The notes below the pieces were generated by a model, which was not told the DNA's origin, ran no database searches, and saw nothing but the letters and a program-made list of their open reading frames with translations. A stretch of 64,000 nucleotides of DNA from Rhodospirillaceae bacterium (lineage in GTDB: Bacteria > Pseudomonadota > Alphaproteobacteria > CACIAM-22H2). Positions 34,642 to 48,310 of the stretch are shown here, piece by piece. Every line of letters starts with the position of its first letter. The first letter of the stretch is position 1. The position numbers were made by a program, and so were the translations under genes. The DNA lies in assembly GCA_022843945.1 (NCBI GenBank), contig JALHMR010000007.1, forward strand, positions 116,546 to 180,545, read 5' to 3'.

Positions 34642-35054
34642 TGCTTCGCCGCCTCGTTCCGGTCCTCGCCTTGCTTCTCGCCGCCTGCAGCGGGGACGGC
34701 GAACCGGACGAGCCGGCGCTGCGCGAGGCGATCGAGCGCATACACAACGAGTGGGTCGCGGAGCGCCGCAAGGACCAGAAGACCCAGGTCCCGGATCTCT
34801 ATCGCCGCCTGCCCAATGTCAATCTCGCCTTCGAGGCGAACCTGGCGCTGCGCGTCACCTCGGTGCGCAAGGTTTCGTGCAAGCGCACGGGCGACGAGCG
34901 CCTGGGGCACAACTGCCGCGTCGTGGTCGGGGCCTCGCTTGCCGGACGTCCGCCGGTTCTCCAGAACCTCGACGGCCGTTTCGTACGCGGCGTCAACGGC
35001 TGGCATGTCCGCGATCTCACCGTGCTCGACGTGTCGAGCCCGGGCGGCGGCTAA
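34641..35054 (+). CDS. Hypothetical lipoprotein
   Basis: Lipobox LAAC; start overlaps the upstream stop. Confidence 0.65.
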   Translation: MLRRLVPVLALLLAACSGDGEPDEPALREAIERIHNEWVAERRKDQKTQVPDLYRRLPNVNLAFEANLALRVTSVRKVSCKRTGDERLGHNCRVVVGASLAGRPPVLQNLDGRFVRGVNGWHVRDLTVLDVSSPGGG

Positions 35055-35929
35055 ACGGCGAACTCGTTCTGCTTGTAGCCCTGAAGGTAGAGCAGCGCGG
35101 TCAGGTCACCATGCCGGATGGTGGCATCCGCGGCCGCAGCCAGAACCGGTTTCGCGCGGAACGCGACGCCCATTCCGGCGGCCTGAACCATGTCGAGATC
35201 GTTGGCCCCGTCGCCGACGGCCATCGTCTCCGCGGTCTCCAGGCCGCGGGCCTTGCTCAGGCGTTCGAGGATGGCGCGCTTGCCGGCACGATCGAAGATC
35301 GGCTCGCGCACCCGGCCGGTCAGGCGGCCGGCCTCGACGCCAAGATGATTGGCCTCGGCCTGGTCGGCACCCAGCAGGTCCCGCACGCGGTCGACGAAGA
35401 TCGAAAAGCCGCCGGAGACGATGGCGGTGTAGGCGCCGTGCGCGCGCATCGTGGCGATCAGCGCCTTGGCGCCGGGCATGAGCCTGAGCCCGGCATAGAC
35501 CGCTTCGAGCGTCGCGGCGTCGTGCCCGGTCAGCATGGCAACGCGCTCGCGCAGGGCGCCGGCGAAATCGAGCTCGCCGGCCATGGCGCGGCGCGTGATG
35601 TCGGCGATCCTGGGGCCGATGCCGGCCCGCGCCGCGATATCGTCGAGGAATTCGTTTTCGACCAGCGTCGATTCCATGTCGGCGACGAGCAGCCGCTTGC
35701 GGCGGTGCGCGCCGGGCACAACGGCGACGTCGACCGGAGCTTCGCCGAGAGCATGCCGGGCTGTTTCTCCGGCCGCCTTGGGGTCGCCCGCTATGGCAAA
35801 CTCGCAGGCGATGCCGGGGGCGAGCCAGACGACGGGCCCGCCCGCGACAGCCGCGCGCACGGCCGACACGATGCTATCGTGAAGGTCGGCACGCGCCGGA
35901 TCGGCAATCAGGACGAGAACGTGGCTCAT
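35051..35929 (-). CDS. serB: Phosphoserine phosphatase
   Basis: ADMEST HAD motif, VSGGF, GDGANDL. Confidence 0.92.
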   Translation of the reverse strand: MSHVLVLIADPARADLHDSIVSAVRAAVAGGPVVWLAPGIACEFAIAGDPKAAGETARHALGEAPVDVAVVPGAHRRKRLLVADMESTLVENEFLDDIAARAGIGPRIADITRRAMAGELDFAGALRERVAMLTGHDAATLEAVYAGLRLMPGAKALIATMRAHGAYTAIVSGGFSIFVDRVRDLLGADQAEANHLGVEAGRLTGRVREPIFDRAGKRAILERLSKARGLETAETMAVGDGANDLDMVQAAGMGVAFRAKPVLAAAADATIRHGDLTALLYLQGYKQNEFAV

Positions 35930-35961
35930 CGGACCCGTAAGGCAAAAGGCGGCGCATCATC

Positions 35962-36927
35962 GTGAAGGCCATCGAGCTTGGCAAGCCGCCTTCCGTTGTC
36001 GTCATCGGTGGCCCGACGGCCAGCGGCAAGTCGACGCTCGCCCTGCGCCTGGCCGAGACCTTCGACGGCACGGTGATCAACGGCGATGCCATCCAGGTCT
36101 ATCGCGAGCTGTCCGTGCTCACGGCGCGCCCGACCGCCGCGGAAACCCGCCGCGCGCCGCACCGGCTCTATGGCGTCCTTTCGGCTCATCAGCGCTGCAG
36201 CGCCGCGCGCTGGCGCACCATGGCCCTGGCGGCGATCGCCGCGGCGCACGGAAAAGGGCGCCTGCCGATCGTGGTCGGCGGCACCGGACTCTACCTCCGT
36301 GCCCTGATGGAGGGTTTGTCGCCGGTACCACCGGTTCCGCCGGAAGTGCGTGAGAAGGCGCGGGCCCGGCATGCGGAGCTCGGATCCGCCGCGTTTCATG
36401 CCGAGCTGGCCAGCCTCGACCCTGTGATGGCCAGGCGTCTCAACCCCGGTGACAGCCAACGCGTGATCCGCGCCTGGGAGGTGATCACCGCGACCGGCCG
36501 CTCGCTCGCCCTCTTCCAGAAGATCCGGCCGGCCAAGGCGGCGTTTGGTTTTGTCCCCCTCGTGATCCTGCCGCCGCGCGAGACCCTGATCGCGGCCTGC
36601 GACGCCCGCGCGGTGCGCATGCTCGAGGAGGGCGCTCTCGAGGAGGTCAAAGCCCTGCTGGCAATGAACCTCGATCCCAGCCTGCCGGCGATGAAGGCGG
36701 TGGGGGTGCGCGAGCTTGGCGGGCATCTGGCCGGCAAGGCCTCCCGGCCCGCGGCGCTGGCGGCCCTGCAGCAGGCGACGCGGCAGTACGCCAAGCGGCA
36801 GATCACCTGGTTCCGGCACCAGATGCCGGGGGCCCAGACCTGGCCAGAGCAATTTTCGGAAAGTCTCGAACGGGTAATCTTTCCATTTATTAGAAAAGCT
36901 GTTGACCGTCCTACCTCCGGCGGGTAG
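35962..36927 (+). CDS. miaA: tRNA dimethylallyltransferase
   Basis: GPTASGKS, VGGTGLY, TRQYAKRQITWF. Confidence 0.95.
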   Translation: MKAIELGKPPSVVVIGGPTASGKSTLALRLAETFDGTVINGDAIQVYRELSVLTARPTAAETRRAPHRLYGVLSAHQRCSAARWRTMALAAIAAAHGKGRLPIVVGGTGLYLRALMEGLSPVPPVPPEVREKARARHAELGSAAFHAELASLDPVMARRLNPGDSQRVIRAWEVITATGRSLALFQKIRPAKAAFGFVPLVILPPRETLIAACDARAVRMLEEGALEEVKALLAMNLDPSLPAMKAVGVRELGGHLAGKASRPAALAALQQATRQYAKRQITWFRHQMPGAQTWPEQFSESLERVIFPFIRKAVDRPTSGG

Positions 36928-36930
36928 TTT
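36902..36930 (+). promoter_or_regulatory. Probable sigma70 promoter of ilvB
   Basis: TTGACC-N17-TAGTTT within the AT-rich 3' end of miaA. Confidence 0.5.
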
Positions 36931-36996
36931 ACGGCCTCTTTTGGCCCAGCCGCTCCGGTTGTTCCGGAAACGGTATTTTTTTCAAAGGCTTGTGCT

Positions 36997-38831
<1,835 letters not shown>

Positions 38832-38835
<4 letters not shown>

Positions 38836-39389
38836 GCGCCGCCGCCTCCCGCGGCTCGAAGCCATCCAAAGCGAAAGAAGCAATCGTGAGCACCGTCGAA
38901 CGCCATACCATCGCCGTCCTGGTCGACAACGAGCCGGGCATCCTGGCCCGCGTCGTCGGCCTGTTCTCGGGCCGGGGCTACAACATCGAAAGCCTGACGG
39001 TGTCGGAGACGGATGCGCGCGAGCACCTGTCGCGCATCACCATCGTGACCCGCGGTACGCCGATGATCATCGAGCAGATCAAGGCGCAGCTCGACCGCCT
39101 CGTTCCCGTGCACAAGGTCAACGACCTGACGGTCGGCGGGCCACATGTCGAGCGCGAGCTGGCACTGATCAAGGTGCGGGGCACCGGCGAGAAGCGCGTG
39201 GAATCGCTGCGCATTGCTGACATCTTCCGGGCCCGCGCCATCGACTCGACCATCGATTCCTTCATCTTCGAGATGACCGGCTCGCTCGACAAGATCGACG
39301 CCTTCATCAAGCTCATGGAGCCCCTCGGGCTCATCGAAGTGTCGCGCACCGGCGTCGTCGCCATTGCGCGAGGCAATCAAGGGCTGTAA
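38832..39389 (+). CDS. ilvN: Acetolactate synthase small subunit
   Basis: VDNEPGILARVVGLFSGRGYNIESL; alternative GTG start 38886. Confidence 0.95.
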
Positions 39390-39422
39390 TTCAGCCCATC
39401 CGCAGATCCTGAACTCCCGTAA

Positions 39423-40457
<1,035 letters not shown>

Positions 40458-40480
40458 GGCGGTCGACGCCGCCTATGGTT

Positions 40481-40516
40481 AAGGCCCGCCGGGTTTCCCG
40501 GCGGGCTTCTGTCTTT
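40481..40516 (+). terminator. Intrinsic terminator after ilvC
   Basis: GCCCGCCGGG-TTT-CCCGGCGGGC stem followed by TTCTGTCTTT. Confidence 0.7.
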
Positions 40517-40579
40517 GCCGGGTAGCGCGCCGCCACCCGCTCGGCTATCGTTTGATCAATAAGCCAGCGGGAGGAAAAT

Positions 40580-41548
40580 ATGACTCGTCGTTTCGCTCTG
40601 GCGGCCGTCGCGGCCGGTGTCGCTCTGTGGGCGGCCAGCGCCGCGGCCCAGACCTATCCCAACCGCCCGGTCCGCGTCATCGCGCCGTTTCCCGCCGGCG
40701 GTCTGGCCGACGTGCTGGCCCGCGCGGTCGGCGACGAAATGACCAAGACGCTGGGCCAGCCGGTGGTGGTCGAGAACCGGGCCGGGGCCGGGGGCAATGT
40801 CGGGGCGGAGGTCGTCGCCAACTCGCCGCCCGACGGCTACACGCTGATGCTGGCGTCGGCCGGCATCCTCAGCGCCAACGAGTTCCTCTATGCCAAGATG
40901 GCGTTCGATCCGGCGACGGCCTTCGCGCCGGTCACCCTGGTCGCAGACATGCCGGTTCTGCTCGTGGTCCATCCCAAGACGGGCGTGAGCAACGTGCGCG
41001 AGTTTGTCACCAAGGTGAAAGCCGAGCCGGGCAAGCTGAACTTCGGCTCGCCGGGCAATGGCACCACCGGCCATCTCTGTCAGGCCGGCTTCCTCCACGC
41101 CGCCACGGTACGGATCACCCATATCCCTTATCGGGGTGCGGCTCCCGCCGTGCAGGACCTGCTCGGCGGCCAGATCGATGGGCTGTTCGAGAACCCGCCG
41201 ATCATCATGGAGCACATCAAGGCCGGCTCCATACGGCCGCTCGGCGTGGCCGCGAAGCAGCGCCTGGCCGTGCTGCCCGACGTGCCCACCATGGCCGAAG
41301 CCGGCAGCCCCTACGAGTGCTCGTCCTGGTTCGGTCTGGTGGCTCCGGCCAAGACCCCACCGGAGATCCTGGCCCGGCTGAACAAGGAGGCCGTCGCGGC
41401 CGTCCGGGCGCCGTCGACCCAGCAGCGCTTTGCCACGTCCGGCGCGCGCCTGGTCGGCGACACGCCGCAGGAGTTCCAGGCCTTCATCGCGGCCGAGCGC
41501 CAGCGCTGGGGCACCATGATCAGGGCCGCCGGCATCAAGATCGACTAG
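40580..41548 (+). CDS. Bug/TctC substrate-binding protein
   Basis: PFPAGGLAD, ENRAGAGG, HIPYRG. Confidence 0.9.
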   Translation: MTRRFALAAVAAGVALWAASAAAQTYPNRPVRVIAPFPAGGLADVLARAVGDEMTKTLGQPVVVENRAGAGGNVGAEVVANSPPDGYTLMLASAGILSANEFLYAKMAFDPATAFAPVTLVADMPVLLVVHPKTGVSNVREFVTKVKAEPGKLNFGSPGNGTTGHLCQAGFLHAATVRITHIPYRGAAPAVQDLLGGQIDGLFENPPIIMEHIKAGSIRPLGVAAKQRLAVLPDVPTMAEAGSPYECSSWFGLVAPAKTPPEILARLNKEAVAAVRAPSTQQRFATSGARLVGDTPQEFQAFIAAERQRWGTMIRAAGIKID

Positions 41549-41762
41549 CGCCGGGCGTCCGCGGCTTGATCGCGGGTCGCGATCGGCCGAGCCGACACTG
41601 ATTATTATTGAATTATTTCAGAGGCTTGCTGACCAACAAGCGAGGCCGGTGGCAGTCCAGTAGTGCTTAACCGTTGAAAAGACGCCGAGTCGGGAAGTAG
41701 AAACGCTTCGTTAACCATATCCGGCTAAATTCTTAACATCGTTCACAGCGGGCGAATACGGC

Positions 41763-41810
41763 ATGGACGGATGGCAAATTGCTATTAGGGTGGCGTTACT
41801 TAGGCCGTAA
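41763..41810 (+). promoter_or_regulatory. Putative leuA leader peptide (MDGWQIAIRVALLRP*)
   Basis: Short ORF ending TTA CTT AGG CCG TAA, 80 nt before leuA, followed by GC-rich complementary segments. Confidence 0.55.
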
Positions 41811-41890
41811 TCGGGCCTTGCTTCGGGAGGGGGCAAGGCACGAAACGCCGGGAGCGTCCGAGCTGTCGCCGTTCGTCCTATGAGGACACC

Positions 41891-43483
41891 ATGACCCGCA
41901 CCACCTCCACCGATCAGGTCCGGATCTTCGATACGACTCTGCGCGATGGCGAGCAGTCGCCCGGCTGCTCGATGAATCTCGAAGAGAAGCTGCGTGTCGC
42001 CAGGACGCTCGAGGAGATGGGCGTCGACGTGATCGAGGCCGGCTTCCCCATCGCCTCGAACGGCGACTTCGATTCCGTGCGCGAAGTGGCGCGGACCGTG
42101 AGTAACTCGACCGTCTGCGGCCTGGCCCGCGCCGGCCGCAAGGACATCGACCGCGCCTGGGAGGCGCTGCAGCACGCCAAGCGCCCGCGCATCCACACCT
42201 TCATCTCCACCAGCCCGCTGCACATGAAGTTCAAGCTGCAGATGGATCCGACGGACGTGCACCAGGCGGTGATCGATTCGGTCAGCCAGGCGCGCAATCT
42301 CTGCGACGACGTCGAGTGGAGCCCGGAAGACGGCAGCCGCACCGAGCACGATTTCCTCTGCCGCTGCGTCGAGAGCGCCATCAAGGCCGGCGCCAGCACC
42401 ATCAACATCCCCGACACGGTCGGCTATGCCGTGCCGGCGGAGTTCGGCGCGCTGATCGCCATGCTGATGAACCGCGTGCCCAACATCGATCAGGCCGTGA
42501 TTTCCGTGCATTGCCATAACGATCTGGGCCTCGCGGTCGCCAATTCTCTGGCCGCCGTGGCCAATGGTGCGCGCCAGGTCGAGTGCACGATCAACGGCAT
42601 CGGCGAGCGAGCCGGCAACGCGGCGCTGGAGGAGATCGTCATGGCGCTGCGCACGCGCCACGACCTGCTGCCCTACAAGACCGGCGTCAAGACCGAGCAC
42701 ATCATGAAGGCCTCGCGGCTCATCTCCGCGATCACCGGCTTTGCCGTGCAGCCGAACAAGGCCATCGTCGGCGCCAACGCCTTCGCGCACGAGTCCGGCA
42801 TCCATCAGGACGGCGTGCTGAAGAACGCCGCCACCTACGAGATCATGACGCCTGAGGCCGTCGGCCTCAACCGCTCGACCCTGGTCATGGGCAAGCATTC
42901 GGGCCGCCATGCCTTCAAGGAGAAGCTGCGCGAGCTCGGCTACACGCTGGGCGACAACGCGCTCGAGGACGCCTTCAGGCGCTTCAAGGATCTCGCCGAC
43001 CGCAAGAAGGACGTCTTCGACGAGGACCTGATGGCCCTGGTGGACGATGCGGTGGGCAGCGAGAACGACCGGGTGAAGTTCATCGCCCTGCAGGTGGTCG
43101 CCGGCTCCAAGGGGCCGCAGATCGCCGACCTCGAGCTCGGGATCGACGGCGTGATCAAGGACGTCCAGGCCCGGGGCAACGGCCCGGTCGACGCCACCTT
43201 CAACGCCATCAAGAAGCTGGTGCCCCACACCGCCAAGCTGCAGCTCTACCAGGTCCATGCCGTGACCGCCGGGACCGATGCCCAGGCCGAGGTCAGCGTC
43301 CGGCTGGAGGAAGACGGCAAGACGGTCAACGGCAGCGGGGCCGACCCGGACACCCTGGTCGCCTCGGCCCGGGCCTACGTCAACGCTCTCAATCGGCTGT
43401 CGACCAAGCGCCAGCGCACGGCGCCACAGGGTCCGGCCGCGGAATCGCTGAAAAACGTGGCAAAAGGGGCGGTGTCGGCATAG
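41891..43483 (+). CDS. leuA: 2-isopropylmalate synthase
   Basis: [37 protein letters not shown]. Confidence 0.97.
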   Translation: MTRTTSTDQVRIFDTTLRDGEQSPGCSMNLEEKLRVARTLEEMGVDVIEAGFPIASNGDFDSVREVARTVSNSTVCGLARAGRKDIDRAWEALQHAKRPRIHTFISTSPLHMKFKLQMDPTDVHQAVIDSVSQARNLCDDVEWSPEDGSRTEHDFLCRCVESAIKAGASTINIPDTVGYAVPAEFGALIAMLMNRVPNIDQAVISVHCHNDLGLAVANSLAAVANGARQVECTINGIGERAGNAALEEIVMALRTRHDLLPYKTGVKTEHIMKASRLISAITGFAVQPNKAIVGANAFAHESGIHQDGVLKNAATYEIMTPEAVGLNRSTLVMGKHSGRHAFKEKLRELGYTLGDNALEDAFRRFKDLADRKKDVFDEDLMALVDDAVGSENDRVKFIALQVVAGSKGPQIADLELGIDGVIKDVQARGNGPVDATFNAIKKLVPHTAKLQLYQVHAVTAGTDAQAEVSVRLEEDGKTVNGSGADPDTLVASARAYVNALNRLSTKRQRTAPQGPAAESLKNVAKGAVSA

Positions 43484-43577
43484 TTTCGCGCCGGTTGCAC
43501 AGGTTAGAATCGGGGCCTTCGCTGCCCGAGTCGGAACGGCGAAGGAGGGTCGCGGGCGAGCGGCCGCGAAGGGCTAG

Positions 43578-44675
<1,098 letters not shown>

Positions 44676-44722
44676 TGTTGCCGGACTGAAAGGGGCGGCA
44701 CCATGGACGAGCGGAAGGGGAA

Positions 44723-45601
44723 ATGAAGCGGCCGGGGCCAGTGCTTCGCCTGGCGGCACCCCTGCGCGTCCTCGCGCAGCGCTTCACCTTTTTGGGCCTC
44801 GTGGCCCTCTCGGTGGGCCTGATGGTCTTCGGCAAGGCCGAGGCGCCGCTGGTCGAGCGTGCCCGCATGACGGTGACCGATGCGCTGGTGCCGATCCTCG
44901 ACGCGGTCTCGCGTCCCGTGGCGACCGCGGCGGAGATGGTCACCCGCATGAACGAGATCATCGACGTTCACGCCGAGAATAACCGCCTGCGCGAGGAGAA
45001 CGAGCGTCTGCTGCGCTGGCAGTCGGTGGCCACCAAGCTGGAGGTCGAGAACCGCAGCCTGCGCGAGGTCGCCAAAGTGACGACCGAGGAGCCGGTCAGC
45101 TTCGTCACCGCTCGCGTGGTGGCCGACGCCGGCGGCACGTTCGTGCGCTCGGTCCTCGTCATGGCCGGGACGAGGGACGGCGTGGCCAAGGGCCAGAGCG
45201 CGGTGACGGCCGACGGACTGGTGGGCCGTGTCGGCGAGGTCGGCGAGCGTTCGGCGCGTGTCCTGCTCCTCACCGACCTCAACAGCCAGGTGCCGGTGAT
45301 CATCGAATCGAGCCGTGAACGCGCGATCCTGGCGGGGGACAACTCGGACAAACCCCGGCTCACCCATCTGCCGGTCACCGCCCGGCCACAGGTCGGCGAT
45401 CGCGTCATGACGTCCGGTCATGGCGGCGTTTTCCCGCCGGGCCTGCCGGTCGGCATCATCGTCGCCGTGAATGAGGGCGTGGCCCGCATCAAGCCGTTCG
45501 TCGAGTTCCATCGCCTCGACCATGTCCGGCTCATCGATTTCGGACTGTCGGGGACATTGCCGGTCGGGGCTCCGCCGCCGGCGCCGCGCCGCGGCCGCTA
45601 A
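44723..45601 (+). CDS. mreC: Rod shape-determining protein MreC
   Basis: N-terminal TM, coiled coil ENNRLREEN, TSGHGGVFPPGLPVG. Confidence 0.95.
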   Translation: MKRPGPVLRLAAPLRVLAQRFTFLGLVALSVGLMVFGKAEAPLVERARMTVTDALVPILDAVSRPVATAAEMVTRMNEIIDVHAENNRLREENERLLRWQSVATKLEVENRSLREVAKVTTEEPVSFVTARVVADAGGTFVRSVLVMAGTRDGVAKGQSAVTADGLVGRVGEVGERSARVLLLTDLNSQVPVIIESSRERAILAGDNSDKPRLTHLPVTARPQVGDRVMTSGHGGVFPPGLPVGIIVAVNEGVARIKPFVEFHRLDHVRLIDFGLSGTLPVGAPPPAPRRGR

Positions 45602-45606
45602 CCGCC

Positions 45607-46125
45607 ATGATGCCATCGCTGTTCATGCAGCGTCTCGACGGCTGGACCCGGGCGTCCATGCCGATGACGTTGACCTTGGTCATGGTCGTACTCAACGTGG
45701 TCCCCTTGCGCCTGCCCGACTACGCGCCCCTGGCGCCGGGTTTCGTGCTGATGGCCGCGTTCTACTGGACCGTCCATCGGCCCGACCTGATGCGGCCCTG
45801 GGCGATGTTCGCGATCGGTCTGCTTGACGACGTGCTGTCGGGCACGCCGCTCGGCGTGAACGCCCTCATCCTCTTGTTCGTCCACTGGATGATCATGAGC
45901 CAGCACAAGGCATTCCGCGGCCAGTCGTTTGTCGTGGTCTGGCTCGGCTTCGCCATGGTCGCCCTCGGCGCCAAGCTGCTGCTGGCGGTCATCGTACCGC
46001 TGGTCGGCTACGGCCTGCTCGATCCTCTGGTGCTGCTCGTCCAGTACGCCCTCACCGTGGCGCTCTATCCGCCGATCGCTTTCGTCATGGGGCGGGCGCA
46101 GCGCGCCCTGCTGCCCGCGCCATGA
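45607..46125 (+). CDS. mreD: Rod shape-determining protein MreD
   Basis: Hydrophobic, FAIGLLDDVLSGTPLG; operon position. Confidence 0.9.
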   Translation: MMPSLFMQRLDGWTRASMPMTLTLVMVVLNVVPLRLPDYAPLAPGFVLMAAFYWTVHRPDLMRPWAMFAIGLLDDVLSGTPLGVNALILLFVHWMIMSQHKAFRGQSFVVVWLGFAMVALGAKLLLAVIVPLVGYGLLDPLVLLVQYALTVALYPPIAFVMGRAQRALLPAP

Positions 46126-48032
46126 GCTCGGCCATGAAACGCGAGAACAGCCTGGCCCGGCTGTTCACCCGGCGCGCCGTCATGCTGACTGGCGGACAGC
46201 TGACGCTGTTCGGAGCGCTGGTCGGGCGCATGTACTACCTGCAAGTCATCGAAAGCGACCGCTACAAGATGCTGGCGGAGGACAACCGCATCAATCTGCG
46301 GCTGTTGCCGCCGCCGCGCGGACGGATCGTCGATCGCTACGGCGTGATGATCGCCGAGAATCAGCTCAACTACCGCATCGTCGTGGTGCCGGAACAGACG
46401 GGCAGCGTCGGGGCCACCCTCGACGCGCTCAACGAGATTGTGCCGATCGATGAGGTCGCGCGGCGGCGTATCTTCCGCGAGGTGGCGCGCAAGCGCAAAT
46501 TCCTGCCGGTGACGGTGAAGGAGAACCTGACCTGGGACGAGGTCAGCCGGGTCGCCGTCAACGCGCCCGACCTGCCGGGGGTGATGATCGATGTCGGCTC
46601 GAGCCGCCACTACCCGCACGGCGAGCAGCTCGCCCACGTCGTCGGCTATGTGGCGCCGCCATCGGAAGCGGATCTCACCGGCGATCCGCTGCTCGAGCTC
46701 CCGGATTTCCGCATCGGCCGTAACGGCGTCGAGCGCGTCTATGACCTGGCCCTGCGCGGCAAGGCGGGATCGAGCCAGATCGAGGTCAATGCGCTGGGCC
46801 GGCCGATCCGCGAGCTCGAGCGGGCCGAGGGCGAGCCGGGTAACGACCTGGTCCTGACCCTCGACCTTCACCTGCAGAATTTCACCGTTGAGCGGCTGGC
46901 CAAGCATGAGAGCGCCGCGGCCGTGCTCATGGACGTCCACAACGGCGAGGTCCTGACCCTCGCCTCGGTGCCGAGCTTCGACCCGAACGAGTTCAACAAG
47001 GGCATCAGCGGCCCGCTGTGGCGCTCGCTGCTTGGCAATACGAGGACACCGCTGATCAACAAATCCGTCGCCGGCCAGTACGCGCCCGGCTCGACGTTCA
47101 AGATGATCGTTGCCATGGCGGCGCTCGAGGCCGGGCTGGTGACGCCGGAGCATCGCGTCAGCTGTCCGGGCCATATGTCGCTGGGCGACAGCAAGTTTCA
47201 TTGCTGGAAGTCCAAGGGTGGGCATGGCGGCCTCGACATGGTCGAAGGGCTCAAACAGTCCTGCGACGTCTATTTCTACGAACTGTCGCGCCGGCTCGGC
47301 GTCGACCGTATCGCCGAGATGGCCAAGCGCTTCGGGCTTGGCGCCATCACCTCGATCGACCTGCCCGGCGAGAAGGCCGGCCTGATGCCGACCCGCGCCT
47401 GGAAGCTTGGCGCCACCGGTGTCGCCTGGCAGCAGGGCGAGAACCTGGTGGCGGCCATCGGCCAGGGCTTCGTCCTGACCACTCCCTTGCAGCTCGCCGT
47501 GATGACCTCGCGGCTGGTCAATGGCGGCTACGCCGTGACCCCGCACCTGACGCGCGATGCGGTCTCCGGGCGCAAGGTGGGCCAGCGGGCCCAGCAGCAA
47601 TTCCCCTCGCTGGGCGTGTCCCAGCAGACCCTGGCGGTCATGGGGCGAGCCATGCGCGGCGTGGTCAACGATCCGCGCGGCACCGCTTTCCGCTCCCGCA
47701 TCACCGACGTCACAATGGCCATGGGTGGCAAGACCGGGACCTCGCAAGTGCGGCGCATCACGGAGGAAGAGCGCCGCGTTGGCCTGCGCAAGCCCGACCA
47801 GGTGCCCTGGAAGGAACGCGATCACGCGCTGTTCGTCGGTTACGCGCCGGTGGACAACCCGCGTTATGCCGTGGCGGTCATCGTCGAGCATGGTGGCGGC
47901 GGCTCGACCGTCGCGGCCCCGATCGCCAAGGAGATCCTGCTCGAGGCGCAGAAGCGCCTGCAGGAGAAGCCGCAAACCCCGATGCGCTATGCCGGCGGCG
48001 CGGCCTCCGATCCGAAGGCGAGCACGCCCTAG
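46122..48032 (+). CDS. mrdA: Penicillin-binding protein 2
   Basis: PRGRIVDR, PGSTFK (SxxK), QSCDVYFY, GKTGTSQ. Confidence 0.95.
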   Translation: MSSAMKRENSLARLFTRRAVMLTGGQLTLFGALVGRMYYLQVIESDRYKMLAEDNRINLRLLPPPRGRIVDRYGVMIAENQLNYRIVVVPEQTGSVGATLDALNEIVPIDEVARRRIFREVARKRKFLPVTVKENLTWDEVSRVAVNAPDLPGVMIDVGSSRHYPHGEQLAHVVGYVAPPSEADLTGDPLLELPDFRIGRNGVERVYDLALRGKAGSSQIEVNALGRPIRELERAEGEPGNDLVLTLDLHLQNFTVERLAKHESAAAVLMDVHNGEVLTLASVPSFDPNEFNKGISGPLWRSLLGNTRTPLINKSVAGQYAPGSTFKMIVAMAALEAGLVTPEHRVSCPGHMSLGDSKFHCWKSKGGHGGLDMVEGLKQSCDVYFYELSRRLGVDRIAEMAKRFGLGAITSIDLPGEKAGLMPTRAWKLGATGVAWQQGENLVAAIGQGFVLTTPLQLAVMTSRLVNGGYAVTPHLTRDAVSGRKVGQRAQQQFPSLGVSQQTLAVMGRAMRGVVNDPRGTAFRSRITDVTMAMGGKTGTSQVRRITEEERRVGLRKPDQVPWKERDHALFVGYAPVDNPRYAVAVIVEHGGGGSTVAAPIAKEILLEAQKRLQEKPQTPMRYAGGAASDPKASTP

Positions 48033-48151
48033 CGGCTTGAAAGCGCTGGAAGTTCGGTGGCATAGCTGAGCTGCGAAAGCCGCGTGTGGCGGCTATCGAC
48101 AAAGCCATCCCCCTTTGCTACAAGGCGCCCCTCTCAAGCGGCGCCCTTATG

Positions 48152-48227
<76 letters not shown>

Positions 48228-48245
48228 TCCACGCCGTTAGAGAGC

Positions 48246-48283
48246 AACCGGGTCGCGACAGTGTCGCGGCCCGGTTTTTATTT
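48246..48283 (+). terminator. Intrinsic terminator after tRNA-Lys
   Basis: AACCGGGTCGCGAC..GTCGCGGCCCGGTT stem plus TTTTTATTT. Confidence 0.8.
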
Positions 48284-48310
48284 GCGCGGAGGCGCCGAGC
48301 GACCGGACTC

